Positions 36,047 to 46,074 are shown, counted from the stretch's first letter. The stretch is 63,054 nt of DNA from Desulfofustis sp. (GCA_013042475.1 JABDQA010000028.1:1-63054); one strand, 5' to 3'. Notes: generated by a model from the sequence alone, not told the origin. Program-made: numbers and translations.

Positions 36047-37837
36047 ATGCGTCAGGAAAATATAAGAAATGTGGCGATTATCGCCCACGTGGATCACGGT
36101 AAGACTACACTGATAGACCAGCTTTTCCGACATTCCGGAATGTTCAGGGAAAATCAGGAAGTCGCTGAGCGGCTCATGGACTCGATGGATCTCGAGCGTG
36201 AACGAGGCATTACCATTACCGCCAAGAACGGTTCATATCGTTACGGCGACGTCCGCATAAATATCATCGATACACCTGGGCATGCCGACTTCGGTGGCCA
36301 AGTGGAAAGGGTTCTGCGCATGGCAGACGGGGCCCTGCTGCTGGTCGATGCTCAGGAAGGCCCGATGCCGCAGACCTATTTTGTCTTAAAAAAAGCCCTG
36401 GCAAATAATCTACCTGTCATTGTCGTGGTCAACAAGATTGACAAACCGGCGGCCCGCTGCAACTGGGTAGTGGACCAGGTGTTTGATCTCTTCGTCAAGC
36501 TCGAAGCCCCGGACGAGATTCTCGATTTTCCGGTACTTTATGCTTCCGCCAAGGAAGGTTACGCGGTGGCTGATCCAGATGAACAGGTGGGTGCCAACGG
36601 CTCCATGGCTTTAGTTTCCAGGATGATCGTCGACCACATCCCCCCACCCTCGGGTGCCCAGGATGCCGCACTGCAGATGCAGGTTGGGACCATCGACTAT
36701 TCCCCCTACCTCGGCAGGCTTGGCATCGGCAAAGTCGTCAACGGGACCATGACCCTAAACCAGCCCATCGCCGTGGCTCGACGTGACGGCTCCATCAAGC
36801 CGGTGAGAATCTCTAAAATTTTCAGGTTCGAACAGGATAGTAAAGTTCCGGTCGATTCGGCCTTCACAGGAGAGATAGTCGCCGTGGCCGGTATGGAGGA
36901 TGTGACCGTGGGAGTCACCTTTACCGATCCGGACTCACCCCAACCCCTGCCGTTGATCGACATCGATCCCCCGACCATCTCCATGGACTTCATTCCCAAT
37001 GACTCGCCATTTGCCGGCCGTGAGGGCCGATACGTGACCTCTCGGCACCTTCGGGAGAGGCTCGACCGGGAGACCCTGGGCGATGTCGCGCTGAAGGTGG
37101 AGCCGCTCCAGGATGGGATTGGCTTCAAGGTGTCGGGCAGGGGGGAGCTGCACCTGTCGATTCTGATTGAGAAAATGCGTCGAGAAGGCTACGAACTCCA
37201 GGTCACCAGACCCCAGGTGATTTTGCGCAGGGAGGAAAATCAGCTGCTTGAACCTTATGAGAAATTGACCGTCGACGTTGATGAAGCAGTGCAGGGACCG
37301 GTCATCGAGAGACTCGGCAAGCTCAAGGGCCAGCTCGAAGAGATGAACCAGTCTCATGGCATGACCCGAATGGTGTTCAGTATCCCGACCCGGGGGCTGC
37401 TTGGCTATCGTCCTCGCTTCATGACCGACACGAAAGGCATGGGTACCATGAGTTACGTATTCGATGGTTATGGTCCGCACGCCGGGGAGATATCAAACCG
37501 CATCAACGGGGTGCTCTCGACGAAGCAGGGATGCACCTCGGTGGCCTATGCCTTGTTCAATCTCCAGGATCGTGGTACGCTCTTCATAGGCCCCGGGGAA
37601 GATCTCTATGGTGGGCAGATCATTGGCGAGAACTGCCGGGCAGGTGACCTGGTGGTGAATCCGGCCAAAGGCAAGAAACTGACCAACGTCAGGGCAGCCG
37701 GTTCGGATGAGGCGGTGATCCTTACGCCTCCGACGGTAATGACCCTCGAGGATTGCCTGTCATTCATAAATGACGACGAGCTGGTCGAGGTGACCCCAGC
37801 CTCGATCAGGCTAAGAAAACGGGTCGCTGCCCGGTAA
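36047..37837 (+). CDS. typA: translational GTPase TypA/BipA
   Basis: IRNVAIIAHVDHGKTTL, DTPGHADFGGEVER-like (DTPGHADFGGQVER), NKID. 596 aa with the BipA-type C-terminal domain. Confidence 0.96.
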   Translation: MRQENIRNVAIIAHVDHGKTTLIDQLFRHSGMFRENQEVAERLMDSMDLERERGITITAKNGSYRYGDVRINIIDTPGHADFGGQVERVLRMADGALLLVDAQEGPMPQTYFVLKKALANNLPVIVVVNKIDKPAARCNWVVDQVFDLFVKLEAPDEILDFPVLYASAKEGYAVADPDEQVGANGSMALVSRMIVDHIPPPSGAQDAALQMQVGTIDYSPYLGRLGIGKVVNGTMTLNQPIAVARRDGSIKPVRISKIFRFEQDSKVPVDSAFTGEIVAVAGMEDVTVGVTFTDPDSPQPLPLIDIDPPTISMDFIPNDSPFAGREGRYVTSRHLRERLDRETLGDVALKVEPLQDGIGFKVSGRGELHLSILIEKMRREGYELQVTRPQVILRREENQLLEPYEKLTVDVDEAVQGPVIERLGKLKGQLEEMNQSHGMTRMVFSIPTRGLLGYRPRFMTDTKGMGTMSYVFDGYGPHAGEISNRINGVLSTKQGCTSVAYALFNLQDRGTLFIGPGEDLYGGQIIGENCRAGDLVVNPAKGKKLTNVRAAGSDEAVILTPPTVMTLEDCLSFINDDELVEVTPASIRLRKRVAAR

Positions 37838-37853
37838 TCTCCAGAAGGTTATA

Positions 37854-37949
37854 ATGAAAACCATTGTAATTCTGATAATTTCTATTTTCGCCGGGATCAG
37901 CGTGTTTGGACTGATTGCCAAGAGGTATGGAAGCGACTGCATACCCTGA
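37854..37949 (+). CDS. possible 31-aa hydrophobic small membrane protein
   Basis: My translation is MKTIVILIISIFAGISVFGLIAKRYGSDCIP. AGAAGG lies 6 nt upstream of the ATG. It starts 16 nt after the typA stop. Only the ORF, SD sequence and hydrophobicity support it. Confidence 0.25.
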   Translation: MKTIVILIISIFAGISVFGLIAKRYGSDCIP

Positions 37950-38076
37950 CTGTTGCTATACACCTCCGTAGGTACGGGGGCTGTGGTCTTCTGGGCGCTC
38001 ACTACGCTGCTCTAGATTTTTTAACGCCCGTCGCATGATCCATGCCATCCGGCCGTAAATACTCGTGAATGTCAGG

Positions 38077-38496
38077 CTATTGGCGGGCGGAGTAGTAGTC
38101 GGCCAGAATTTTTGAGTGGTCGAAGGCCAGTTCCGGCAATTCGTCTCTGGAAAACAGTGCTGCTTTGGCAGCATCGTCAGCCGCCATCGGCGCCCCTTCA
38201 CCCCGGGCAATAAAGACCGTCGACGAGGTATGCATCCGTTCATCTCGGCCCGGATCAGAATAGGTCCTGAACTGACGCAGGTCGGTGACGGCTATTCCGG
38301 TTTCTTCCATCGCTTCCCGCACCGCAGCCTGCTCGAATGATTCACCGTAATCGACAAAACCGCCCGGAAGGGCCCAGCCAGGGGGAGGGTGCTTGCGTTC
38401 GATGAGAACAATTTTTCCCTCTATTTCAATGATGATATCGACCGTGGGCACGGGGTTTCTCGGCTCGATCACCTTGGCGCAGTGGGGGCATTTCAT
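38077..38496 (-). CDS. NUDIX hydrolase with N-terminal zinc-ribbon-like CxxC
   Basis: Nudix box [24 protein letters not shown]. The N-terminus is MKCPHCAKV. Confidence 0.85.
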   Translation of the reverse strand: MKCPHCAKVIEPRNPVPTVDIIIEIEGKIVLIERKHPPPGWALPGGFVDYGESFEQAAVREAMEETGIAVTDLRQFRTYSDPGRDERMHTSSTVFIARGEGAPMAADDAAKAALFSRDELPELAFDHSKILADYYSARQ

Positions 38497-38524
38497 AGTG
38501 GCGTCTAAGCTCGTGACCGTCAGG

Positions 38525-39121
38525 CTAATTGAAATCGATGAGTTCCAATATTTCCTGCCAGTTGCTCACCGAGGGCAGGTCGTGTCCAGCACTGTTCCAG
38601 GGCTGTGAGAAGACCAGGGGTTTGAGTCCCGACTCGGCCAGCATCCTGCAGGTGGTGAGCCGGTCATCGATGAAATAGAGGATGTCGTGCTCCCTGATAA
38701 AACGCTCCTTATCGTCGTGGTCTCCAGAAGAGACGAGTTTAATCCGCGCGGCTTCGGAGCCGTAATGAAGTTGCAGCCAGTCTGAGACCGGACCAATTTC
38801 CGGTCGGGCGGTAATGATCGTTACCGGGGCGCGACGGCTGAGTTGTTTAAGTGATTCGACGGCCCCGTCGATGGGCTTGAGCCCGGTACCGATCGAATCC
38901 TGAAGGATATCCTCGAAGACCTTGTCAATGGTGGGACGGGGCATGTTAAGACACTTTTCCACCTGAAAGCTGCTGATCTGCTCAAGGGCCAGATCGCAAT
39001 GCCCGTATTTGGTGCAGGCCAGTCTGATGAACGCCTCGCCTATGTCGGCGATGACCCCGTCAAAATCAAAGCCGATCTGATCAGGAGCTATTTTAGGCCC
39101 CAGGAGGCTGGCGCTCTCCAT
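38525..39121 (-). CDS. HAD-superfamily hydrolase, 5'(3')-deoxyribonucleotidase-like
   Basis: Motif I is [10 protein letters not shown], followed by TARP and a late DD pair (YFIDDR). The size and motif order resemble NT5C-type nucleotidases. The subfamily assignment is tentative. Confidence 0.65.
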   Translation of the reverse strand: MESASLLGPKIAPDQIGFDFDGVIADIGEAFIRLACTKYGHCDLALEQISSFQVEKCLNMPRPTIDKVFEDILQDSIGTGLKPIDGAVESLKQLSRRAPVTIITARPEIGPVSDWLQLHYGSEAARIKLVSSGDHDDKERFIREHDILYFIDDRLTTCRMLAESGLKPLVFSQPWNSAGHDLPSVSNWQEILELIDFN

Positions 39122-39940
39122 CTATTGCTTGACGATTGTACTGTTTTCAATGAGTACCACGTACTTGTAGCCGGCGCCGAAGTCCTTGTCGGCAGCCACC
39201 ACCCCTTCGATGGTGATCACATTCGGCCCGCTGAGCTCCTCGACGGTGGTAACCACCAGATCGTGGGTGTTCTGCATTGGATCACCTGAGCCGTCCTGGA
39301 GATGCAGCCAGTTACGCCCCATGATATTGGCGTTGAATTTGACCACTTGGCCTCTGACGCGAACTTTCTTGCCGTTGAGATCCTTGGCCTGTTCGAAAAT
39401 CTCTGCCACGCTGAAACTGTTCTCTCCCTCGGCTTTTTCAACCTCTGTTTCGGTAAACGGGGCCACGGCGCCCATGCTGCCGGCACTGCCCTGCTGCGGC
39501 TCAATCGGAGCTGCACCGCCGCTGCTGGCTTGGCGCTCCGCCTCCACCGCTGCGGCGAACGAGTCTTCAGTTGATGCGGCCGGCGGGGCCGGTCGACCAT
39601 GAGGGCTCATCGATGCACCACCGACCAGACCGGGTGAGAAGATTATCGAGTTGAAGGTGCGATCGAACGAATTGGAGTGAAAGTCCTTCATTTCCATCCC
39701 TTCGAGCACCGACACTTTTTGCCCTTTGTTTATTTCAGACTGCGGGATTGCAACCCAGACCTGCTGGTCACCGGTATCCAGGTTCATGTAGGTGTAGCCG
39801 GACGCGTCCATGGTTTCCAGGACGGTACCAGACAGCTCTGCAGCCGCCACCTGCTGAGCAGGTGCGAGCATCAGCGTCAGGGCCAGGAAAGAAGCAGCGA
39901 AACGGTGGTTGGAAACGAAGGGTAAGGTGTACAGGGCCAT
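39122..39940 (-). CDS. exported protein with two OB-fold-like modules joined by a low-complexity linker
   Basis: Signal peptide ending AQQVAAAE. The N-module is GTVLETMDASGYTYMNLDTGDQQVWVAIP. The linker is Ala/Gly/Ser/Pro-rich. The C-module is LNGKKVRVRGQVVKFNANIMGRNWLHLQDGSG..VITIEGVV, reminiscent of YgiW/BOF-type OB folds. Its stop codon abuts the HAD start. Confidence 0.5.
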   Translation of the reverse strand: MALYTLPFVSNHRFAASFLALTLMLAPAQQVAAAELSGTVLETMDASGYTYMNLDTGDQQVWVAIPQSEINKGQKVSVLEGMEMKDFHSNSFDRTFNSIIFSPGLVGGASMSPHGRPAPPAASTEDSFAAAVEAERQASSGGAAPIEPQQGSAGSMGAVAPFTETEVEKAEGENSFSVAEIFEQAKDLNGKKVRVRGQVVKFNANIMGRNWLHLQDGSGDPMQNTHDLVVTTVEELSGPNVITIEGVVAADKDFGAGYKYVVLIENSTIVKQ

Positions 39941-40013
39941 GAAACTTCTCCTTGACAGTTGTGGTCAGATAAAACAGTGCGGCGACTGATCAAAAACGTT
40001 GAGCAACGATAAA

Positions 40014-40550
40014 TCAATCAACTGGTTTTGCAAGCAGTTTGCGCAAATACTCATCCAGCAGTGAAGCCCATAAGCGATAACCGAGGTTGCTCAGATGTAC
40101 GCCATCGAAATCGAAGAGTTCATCGAAACTCTGTTCGAAGTGGCTGCAGAGGTCAAAATAATGGCAGCCGCGTTCTTCGCAGACGAAGGCTAATTGATGG
40201 TTTGCCGCGTGTATCGCATCGTGCAGCCCGGGAATTTCATATGGCAACAAGCTGGTTATCAAGATTTCCGACTGCTGGTAATAAGAGCGGAGGATGGTGG
40301 CGGCTCGCCCTAGCAGGTCGACGAAGCCGACGTCGCCGAAGACGATGTTGTTGGTGCCGCTCATTATCACGATGGCGTCCGGGGATTCCTGAGATGATTC
40401 GTGGGGTAGCCGATGCAGCAACCCCTCGGTGCGTTCCCCAGGTATGCCGCTGCTGATGATTCGGTAGCCCGGCAAACGCCGACGCCATTCACCATAATCG
40501 ATCAGGGAGTCGCCAAGCATCAGCAACAGTGGTTTGTCGGTGATGGTCAT
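40014..40550 (-). CDS. SGNH/GDSL hydrolase family protein
   Basis: Block I LMLGDSLIDYG, block III SGTNN and block V DGVHLS. The start overlaps the glgX stop by 4 nt. Confidence 0.75.
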   Translation of the reverse strand: MTITDKPLLLMLGDSLIDYGEWRRRLPGYRIISSGIPGERTEGLLHRLPHESSQESPDAIVIMSGTNNIVFGDVGFVDLLGRAATILRSYYQQSEILITSLLPYEIPGLHDAIHAANHQLAFVCEERGCHYFDLCSHFEQSFDELFDFDGVHLSNLGYRLWASLLDEYLRKLLAKPVD

Positions 40551-42673
40551 CGGTCTCCTCGGGGGGATGACGGAATAGCAGATTTTTCTATGGATTGCAG
40601 TATCACCAGTCCCATAGGTGCAACTTCGCAGCCTGAACCGGGAGCGACCACGTCTGCTTCTGCAGCCTCTACAAAATCATCCGGGCTCTCCAGAGCGGTA
40701 TCGATTATACGAGCCCAGCAAAGTTCTTCACCCTGCGAAGGCGGCTGGGGAACGATGAAACTCTGATGGTCGTGCCTGCTGCCGTTAACCATCACGAAAA
40801 AGTGGGGCGATGCGGACTGATGACCGCACTCCCCGTTCAATAAGATCCCCAGGTGATGGCAATCCGAAGACCAGTCCTGGGTACCTGGGTGCAGTGACTG
40901 CCAGGTTATTTGACTGTTTTCCGGTGGCGCCGACCCATCCTGATCCGGGAAAAACTCATCGCGCCTGAAGAGTGCAAAGCGGTGTCTCAAACCAATACAT
41001 TTTTTGAAAAATCTCAAAAGGCTGGCGGCTGTTTCATCGATCTGCCAATCAATCCAGCTGGTTTCGTTGTCCTGGCACCAACTGTTGTTGTTGCCGCCCT
41101 GGCTTCTTCCCAATTCATCGCCCGCACAGAGCATCGGGATCCCCTGACTGACCAGCAGCAGAGCAATGCTACTCTTCATACGCCGCTGCCTGATTCGCTC
41201 GATCTCTATGTCGGCGGGCGCCCCTTCAAAGCCGCTGTTCCAGCTCAGATTGTGGGTTTCCCCATCACGGTTCTGCTCGCCGTTTTCCAGGTTGCGTTTG
41301 TCGTGGTAGCTGACCAGGTCGTAAAGGGTGAAGCCGTCATGGCAGGTTATAAAATTTATCGAGTTCAACGGGCCCCGGTTGCCGGACTGGTACAAATCGG
41401 AACTGCCGGCAATTCTCGTCGCCAGCCGGTGGACTGAATCGCGGCTGCCGGACATGAAGAGCCGCACATCATCTCTATATTTCCCGTTCCACTCTCGCCA
41501 GCGCTGGTGGGTAGAGAAAGAGCCGACCTGGTAAAGTCCCGCAGCGTCCCAGGCTTCAGCGATGATCTTGCAGTCTCTGAGTAATGGATCCTCGGCGATC
41601 ATCTCAATAAGAGGGGCATGCTTGATCGGGGCGCCCGTCGTGTCTCTGCTGAAGATCGCTGCCAGGTCGAACCTGAAGCCGTCAATATGAAATTCCTTTA
41701 CCAGGTAATGCAGAGCGTCAATTATCAAACTGCTAACCACTGGATGGTTGCAGTTCACGGTGTTGCCGCAGCCGGTGTAGTTCAGGTAATCGGTTTGTTC
41801 TTTGTTGATGAGGTAGTAGATCTCGTTGTCGATTGCCCTGAATCCCGAGGTGGTGCCTTCCAGGTCACTTTCACCGGTGTGGTTGAAGACCAGGTCGAGG
41901 ATCACTTCGATACCCGCCTGGTGGAGGCTGCGCACCATGGTCTTGAATTCGTTGACCGCTTGGTCCGCTGCAGCGGCCAGCCCCGAGCGCAGGGCAAAGA
42001 AGGAAAGGGGATTGTAGCCCCAATAGTTGAGCAGACGTTCACTAGTCTCCGGGTGGAAGAATTTGTTGTCGGTCTCGTCCCATTCGTTTACCGGTAACAG
42101 TTCCACTGCGGTTATGCCCAGCTCTTTAAGGTAGTCTATCTTGTCGACCACTGCGCTGAACGTACCCGGTGCCGAAACGCCTGAACTCGGGTGGCGGGTG
42201 AACCCCCTGACATGCAGTTCGTAGATGATCGTTTCAGATGCCGGAGTTTGAAGAGGGCGATCTCCCTGCCAGTCAAAATCCAGACCTCTAGCGGCCAGAC
42301 AGATCGGCTCGGAGCCAGCTTCCGATTTGACGGCCCAGCCGCGGGGTTTATGAGCCCGGCAATAGGGATCGACCGCAATTACCCTATCTGTGTCTATGGG
42401 GAAATCCCCCTCACTCCGATCGGTTTTGATTCGATAGCCGTAGTAAACCGGCCTTCCCAGAGTGTGTAGAAACAGGTGCCAGATATCCCCGGTTTTATTG
42501 TGTTCCGGGTCCAGTTCTATTTCCTGGACATGGTCGGAGTCGAGAAAGTGGAAGATCAGGGTGACCGCAACGCCATGTCGCGAAAAGAGGGCGAAGTTGA
42601 TTCCCTTCTCAGACCAAGTCGGTCCCAGGGGCAGCGGCCGTCCCGCTTCTGTAAGTGTTGGTTGGTCGTTCAT
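40547..42673 (-). CDS. glgX: glycogen debranching enzyme GlgX (isoamylase-type GH13)
   Basis: PLGPTWSEKGINFALFS (CBM48), YELHVRGFT, DLVFNHT, GFRFDLA, IAEAWD, FITCHDGFTL. I prefer the ATG at 42671-42673 (MNDQPTL) over the upstream TTG at 42703. Confidence 0.92.
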   Translation of the reverse strand: MNDQPTLTEAGRPLPLGPTWSEKGINFALFSRHGVAVTLIFHFLDSDHVQEIELDPEHNKTGDIWHLFLHTLGRPVYYGYRIKTDRSEGDFPIDTDRVIAVDPYCRAHKPRGWAVKSEAGSEPICLAARGLDFDWQGDRPLQTPASETIIYELHVRGFTRHPSSGVSAPGTFSAVVDKIDYLKELGITAVELLPVNEWDETDNKFFHPETSERLLNYWGYNPLSFFALRSGLAAAADQAVNEFKTMVRSLHQAGIEVILDLVFNHTGESDLEGTTSGFRAIDNEIYYLINKEQTDYLNYTGCGNTVNCNHPVVSSLIIDALHYLVKEFHIDGFRFDLAAIFSRDTTGAPIKHAPLIEMIAEDPLLRDCKIIAEAWDAAGLYQVGSFSTHQRWREWNGKYRDDVRLFMSGSRDSVHRLATRIAGSSDLYQSGNRGPLNSINFITCHDGFTLYDLVSYHDKRNLENGEQNRDGETHNLSWNSGFEGAPADIEIERIRQRRMKSSIALLLVSQGIPMLCAGDELGRSQGGNNNSWCQDNETSWIDWQIDETAASLLRFFKKCIGLRHRFALFRRDEFFPDQDGSAPPENSQITWQSLHPGTQDWSSDCHHLGILLNGECGHQSASPHFFVMVNGSRHDHQSFIVPQPPSQGEELCWARIIDTALESPDDFVEAAEADVVAPGSGCEVAPMGLVILQSIEKSAIPSSPRGDR

Positions 42674-42794
42674 GGACAATGTGAGAATGATTCTTATAAT
42701 CAAAATATTTCAAGTCTAAAGACAGTAACACATCCACGTTGGTAAGCCAGTATACACCTGAAAAATCAACAACCAGACAACACGAGGCCACACC

Positions 42795-43730
42795 ATGGGC
42801 ATGTTTCATAAAATAAAAGTCGGTGACAAGGTAATTGAATCCATAGATTGGGAAATGACTCCGGAGCTGACCTTCGGCACCTACGAATCTTGGGGAGGAC
42901 GTGAACGGGTCCGCAACAATGATGAGCGTATCTACTACTTTTTCATCGACAACTGGGGTGAAAAGCCAAAGCTCTGTCTGATGGAACGTGCGGTCAAGCA
43001 CGCCAGGATCATTGCCGAGATCCAGGCACCTACCGAGCTGGTGTCCTCATGTGTGGACAGCCAGGGGGAGGTGGCTTTTTATGATCGCAGTTTTGCCATC
43101 AACGATAAAATTCGCACTTGGCTCATCGATCATGTGCTTGATGATGGTGACTCCAGTCTGGTTACGCCGCTCACCGAACGTGCCTCACATGAAGATATGG
43201 GGACCAAATTACCGACCTGGGAAGGAACTCTTGACGGCCACGAGCTTATCGCACTGCCTTCGGAAGCGAGAGAGCTCTCTGATGATGATGTCCGTGAAAT
43301 TTTGGTCACACATGACTTTGCCGATGGCGCATTGAATCCTTCCGGAAATTTCGCCAATCGTTTACAGCAATACGGCCAGCATATCATCGTCGACCAGCGA
43401 ACCGGTCTGATGTGGCAGCGAGGTGGTCTGGATATCACCTCGACAAGGCTAATGAACAAAAAAATAAACGACCTCAATCGTCAAGGGCATCTTGGTTATC
43501 ACGACTGGCGGTTGCCATCCTTAGAAGAGGCCATGTCCCTGATGGAATCTAATGCCAACGACAAGGATATCCATCTCAACTCCAATTTCTCCAAGGAGCA
43601 GCCCTTTATCTTCACCTCGGCGCAACGTACCCCCGGCGGGTACTGGTTCGTCGACTACAAGCACGGTCGGCTGTTCTGGTCTTCGGGCACGATTCCGGGC
43701 GGATTTGGGAGGTTGTGCCGGACTATTTAG
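42795..43730 (+). CDS. DUF1566 (Lcl C-terminal-like) domain protein with an unrecognised N-terminal domain
   Basis: The C-terminal TGLMWQRGG..YHDWRLPSLEEAMSLME..GYWFVDYKHG pattern is typical of DUF1566. No signal peptide or lipobox is visible at the N-terminus. Confidence 0.65.
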   Translation: MGMFHKIKVGDKVIESIDWEMTPELTFGTYESWGGRERVRNNDERIYYFFIDNWGEKPKLCLMERAVKHARIIAEIQAPTELVSSCVDSQGEVAFYDRSFAINDKIRTWLIDHVLDDGDSSLVTPLTERASHEDMGTKLPTWEGTLDGHELIALPSEARELSDDDVREILVTHDFADGALNPSGNFANRLQQYGQHIIVDQRTGLMWQRGGLDITSTRLMNKKINDLNRQGHLGYHDWRLPSLEEAMSLMESNANDKDIHLNSNFSKEQPFIFTSAQRTPGGYWFVDYKHGRLFWSSGTIPGGFGRLCRTI

Positions 43731-44097
43731 ACCGTATACCTTGCCAGCTAGAGAGGCTGAAATTTTAGAAGGAGCCTGCGGATAGAATCATTCTCCTTAC
43801 GGTACCGGTCTATTTTGCGCCAGGAAAAGGATTGAGACGGGTTTCCCATCGGCCTGATCGACTCAGCGGCGAAAAACCGACCGGATGTCGGTCGCTTCGC
43901 GACCTCGAGCGATCGGTAACCGTTTTCGTTGTTACTTTAATCCTTTAGCCCATACTCGTCTCAACGACCATTCTCCTATTGACTTAGCCATCTAAACCTC
44001 GCACAATGCCACTGACTGCAGTTGAACTTTCCCAATCTGCCAAAGATTTACCCAGTTGACGTCTCCCGAGACGATGGAGACAGGAGGAGTAGATAAG

Positions 44098-45348
44098 ATG
44101 ACGACCCCGTTTCAGGTCAGATTTGCCGACCGCATGAATCAGCTGCCGCCCTATCTGTTCGGCATGATCAACAAGATGAAGATGGAGAAGCGCTGGCAGG
44201 GCGATGATGTAATCGACCTGGGCATGGGCAATCCCATCGACCCCGCACCCGGTACGGTCACGGAGAAGCTCTGCGAGGTGGCGGCCGACCCCAAAATTCA
44301 CCGCTATCCCGCCATCGCCGGCGGGATGAAGAATCTCAAGCGGGAAATTGCCATCTACTACAAGCGCAATTACGATGTTGAGTTGACCGGAGAAAACGAT
44401 GTCATCTGCACCATCGGTTCCAAGGAGGGCATCTCGCATATGTGCCTGGCTCTGCTCGGTCCAGGCGATACCGTGCTGGTTCCTGCCCCTGCCTTTCCGA
44501 TCCACGTCTATGCGGCGGTGATCGCCGGAGCCAACGTACTGCGCATCGCGCTGGGTGATGAAGATGCGTTTTTGGCGCAGTTAGTGGGCATGTGCCGTTC
44601 TCTTTATCCCGGACCAAAGCTGCTGATGCTCAATTATCCCCACAACCCGACTGGCATACCGGCCTCCAGAGAACTGTTCAGCGAAATCGTTAAGTATGCC
44701 AAAGAGTATGGTTTTATGGTCATCAACGATTTCGCTTATGCCAAGATCACCTTTGACGGCTACGTCGCCCCAAGTTTTCTTGAAGTCGACGGTGCGCTCG
44801 ACGTCGGAGTCGAATTCGGCTCTTTTTCCAAATCCTACAACATGGCAGGTTGGCGCCTCGGCTACTGCGTCGGCAACGAGCACATCATCGAAGGGCTGGC
44901 GAAGATCAAGGGGTACTACGATTACGGCATCTTCTCGGCGATTCAGATCGCCGGAATCGTGGCCATGCGCGACTGCGACGACGATATCGCCGAGCAGGCT
45001 GCCGCCTATCAGAAGCGCAGGGACGTGCTTTGTGACGGGCTCATCCGCATGGGTTGGGAGGTCAATGTACCGAAGGCCGGCATGTTTCTCTGGGTGAAGA
45101 TTCCTGCACCCTACGACCGCATGGGCTCGGTACGGTTTGCCATCGAAATGATGAACCGGGCCAATGTGGCGGTCGCTCCGGGCGCCGGGTTCGGCGAGGA
45201 GGGCGACGGCTGGCTGCGGCTGGCACTGGTCGAGAACGAGAATCGCATCCGTCAGGCACTCAAACAGATGCGCCAGAGTCTCAAGGAGATTGATCAGGAG
45301 GTCGAGGACGGCACTTTCAGCTTCGAAGAAGATGCACTTCCAATCTGA
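44098..45348 (+). CDS. class I/II PLP-dependent aminotransferase (AlaA/AspC-like)
   Basis: The ATG at 44098 has AGGAGG upstream. LPPYLFG, DLGMGNPD-like, NYPHNPTG, the PLP-lysine context SFSKSYNMAGWRLGY, and a C-terminal acidic extension. Confidence 0.88.
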   Translation: MTTPFQVRFADRMNQLPPYLFGMINKMKMEKRWQGDDVIDLGMGNPIDPAPGTVTEKLCEVAADPKIHRYPAIAGGMKNLKREIAIYYKRNYDVELTGENDVICTIGSKEGISHMCLALLGPGDTVLVPAPAFPIHVYAAVIAGANVLRIALGDEDAFLAQLVGMCRSLYPGPKLLMLNYPHNPTGIPASRELFSEIVKYAKEYGFMVINDFAYAKITFDGYVAPSFLEVDGALDVGVEFGSFSKSYNMAGWRLGYCVGNEHIIEGLAKIKGYYDYGIFSAIQIAGIVAMRDCDDDIAEQAAAYQKRRDVLCDGLIRMGWEVNVPKAGMFLWVKIPAPYDRMGSVRFAIEMMNRANVAVAPGAGFGEEGDGWLRLALVENENRIRQALKQMRQSLKEIDQEVEDGTFSFEEDALPI

Positions 45349-45432
45349 GTGGGTGCGGCGTGCCATCCGGATTGATTTGGCTTTTGGACCGCTGCCGACC
45401 TCCCGCGTTTTGGTCCTGACCTGGAAGCGGTT

Positions 45433-46074
45433 ATGATTGCAGGCATCGACAATCCATTGGTCTTTCTCGGTGCCGGTATACTGCTCAATCTCTATCCGGG
45501 CCCCGACACTCTCTATATCATCGGCCGCAGCCTGGCCCAGGGCAGAGGTGCCGGCGTTTGCGCCGCACTGGGGATCAGCAGTGGGGCGCTGATCCACACC
45601 CTGCTCGGTGCGTTCGGGTTGTCGGCTGTACTCGCCGCCTCGGCCTCGGCCTTCACCACGGTGAAATACCTCGGAGCTGCCTACCTGATCTACCAGGGGA
45701 TTCGGCTGATTCTCGACCGCTCGGTGCCAGCTGCGCCACGGAGCAATGGACAGATCCGGTCAGGGTTGCTGCGCATTTATCGGCAGGGGGTGCTGACCAA
45801 TCTGCTCAATCCCAAAGTGGCGGTTTTCTTCCTCGCCTTTCTACCCCAGTTCATTTCCGTCTCGAGTCCCAACAAAGTACTCTCCTTCATTCTACTTGGC
45901 CTGATCTTCATCACCACTGGCACTATCTGGTGCGTCATCGTCGCCCTCTTTTCCTCGGCCATCGCCTCTCGGCTGCATGATTCGGGCCGCAACACAGGCC
46001 GGTTGAGACAGATCAACGGTCTGCTGTTCATGCTCCTCGGTCTCAAACTGGCCGTCATCGAAGTCGATCTATAA
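45433..46074 (+). CDS. LysE/RhtB family amino-acid exporter
   Basis: 213 aa with about 6 TM segments. N-terminal PGPDTLYII and NLLNPKVAVFFLAFLPQF are typical of the family. Confidence 0.85.
   Translation: MIAGIDNPLVFLGAGILLNLYPGPDTLYIIGRSLAQGRGAGVCAALGISSGALIHTLLGAFGLSAVLAASASAFTTVKYLGAAYLIYQGIRLILDRSVPAAPRSNGQIRSGLLRIYRQGVLTNLLNPKVAVFFLAFLPQFISVSSPNKVLSFILLGLIFITTGTIWCVIVALFSSAIASRLHDSGRNTGRLRQINGLLFMLLGLKLAVIEVDL

Noticed and set aside
43840-43975. Short inverted repeats (AAAGGATT/AATCCTTT, TTGAGACG/CGTCTCAA) and a CGACCG..CGGTCG hairpin with an upstream A-run in the 370-bp spacer before the aminotransferase; considered as a possible sRNA or riboswitch.
   Set aside because: The repeat order is not compatible with one simple helix. 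I recognise no known riboswitch core. There is no flanking promoter or terminator pair that I could define confidently. It needs transcriptome data before any call.
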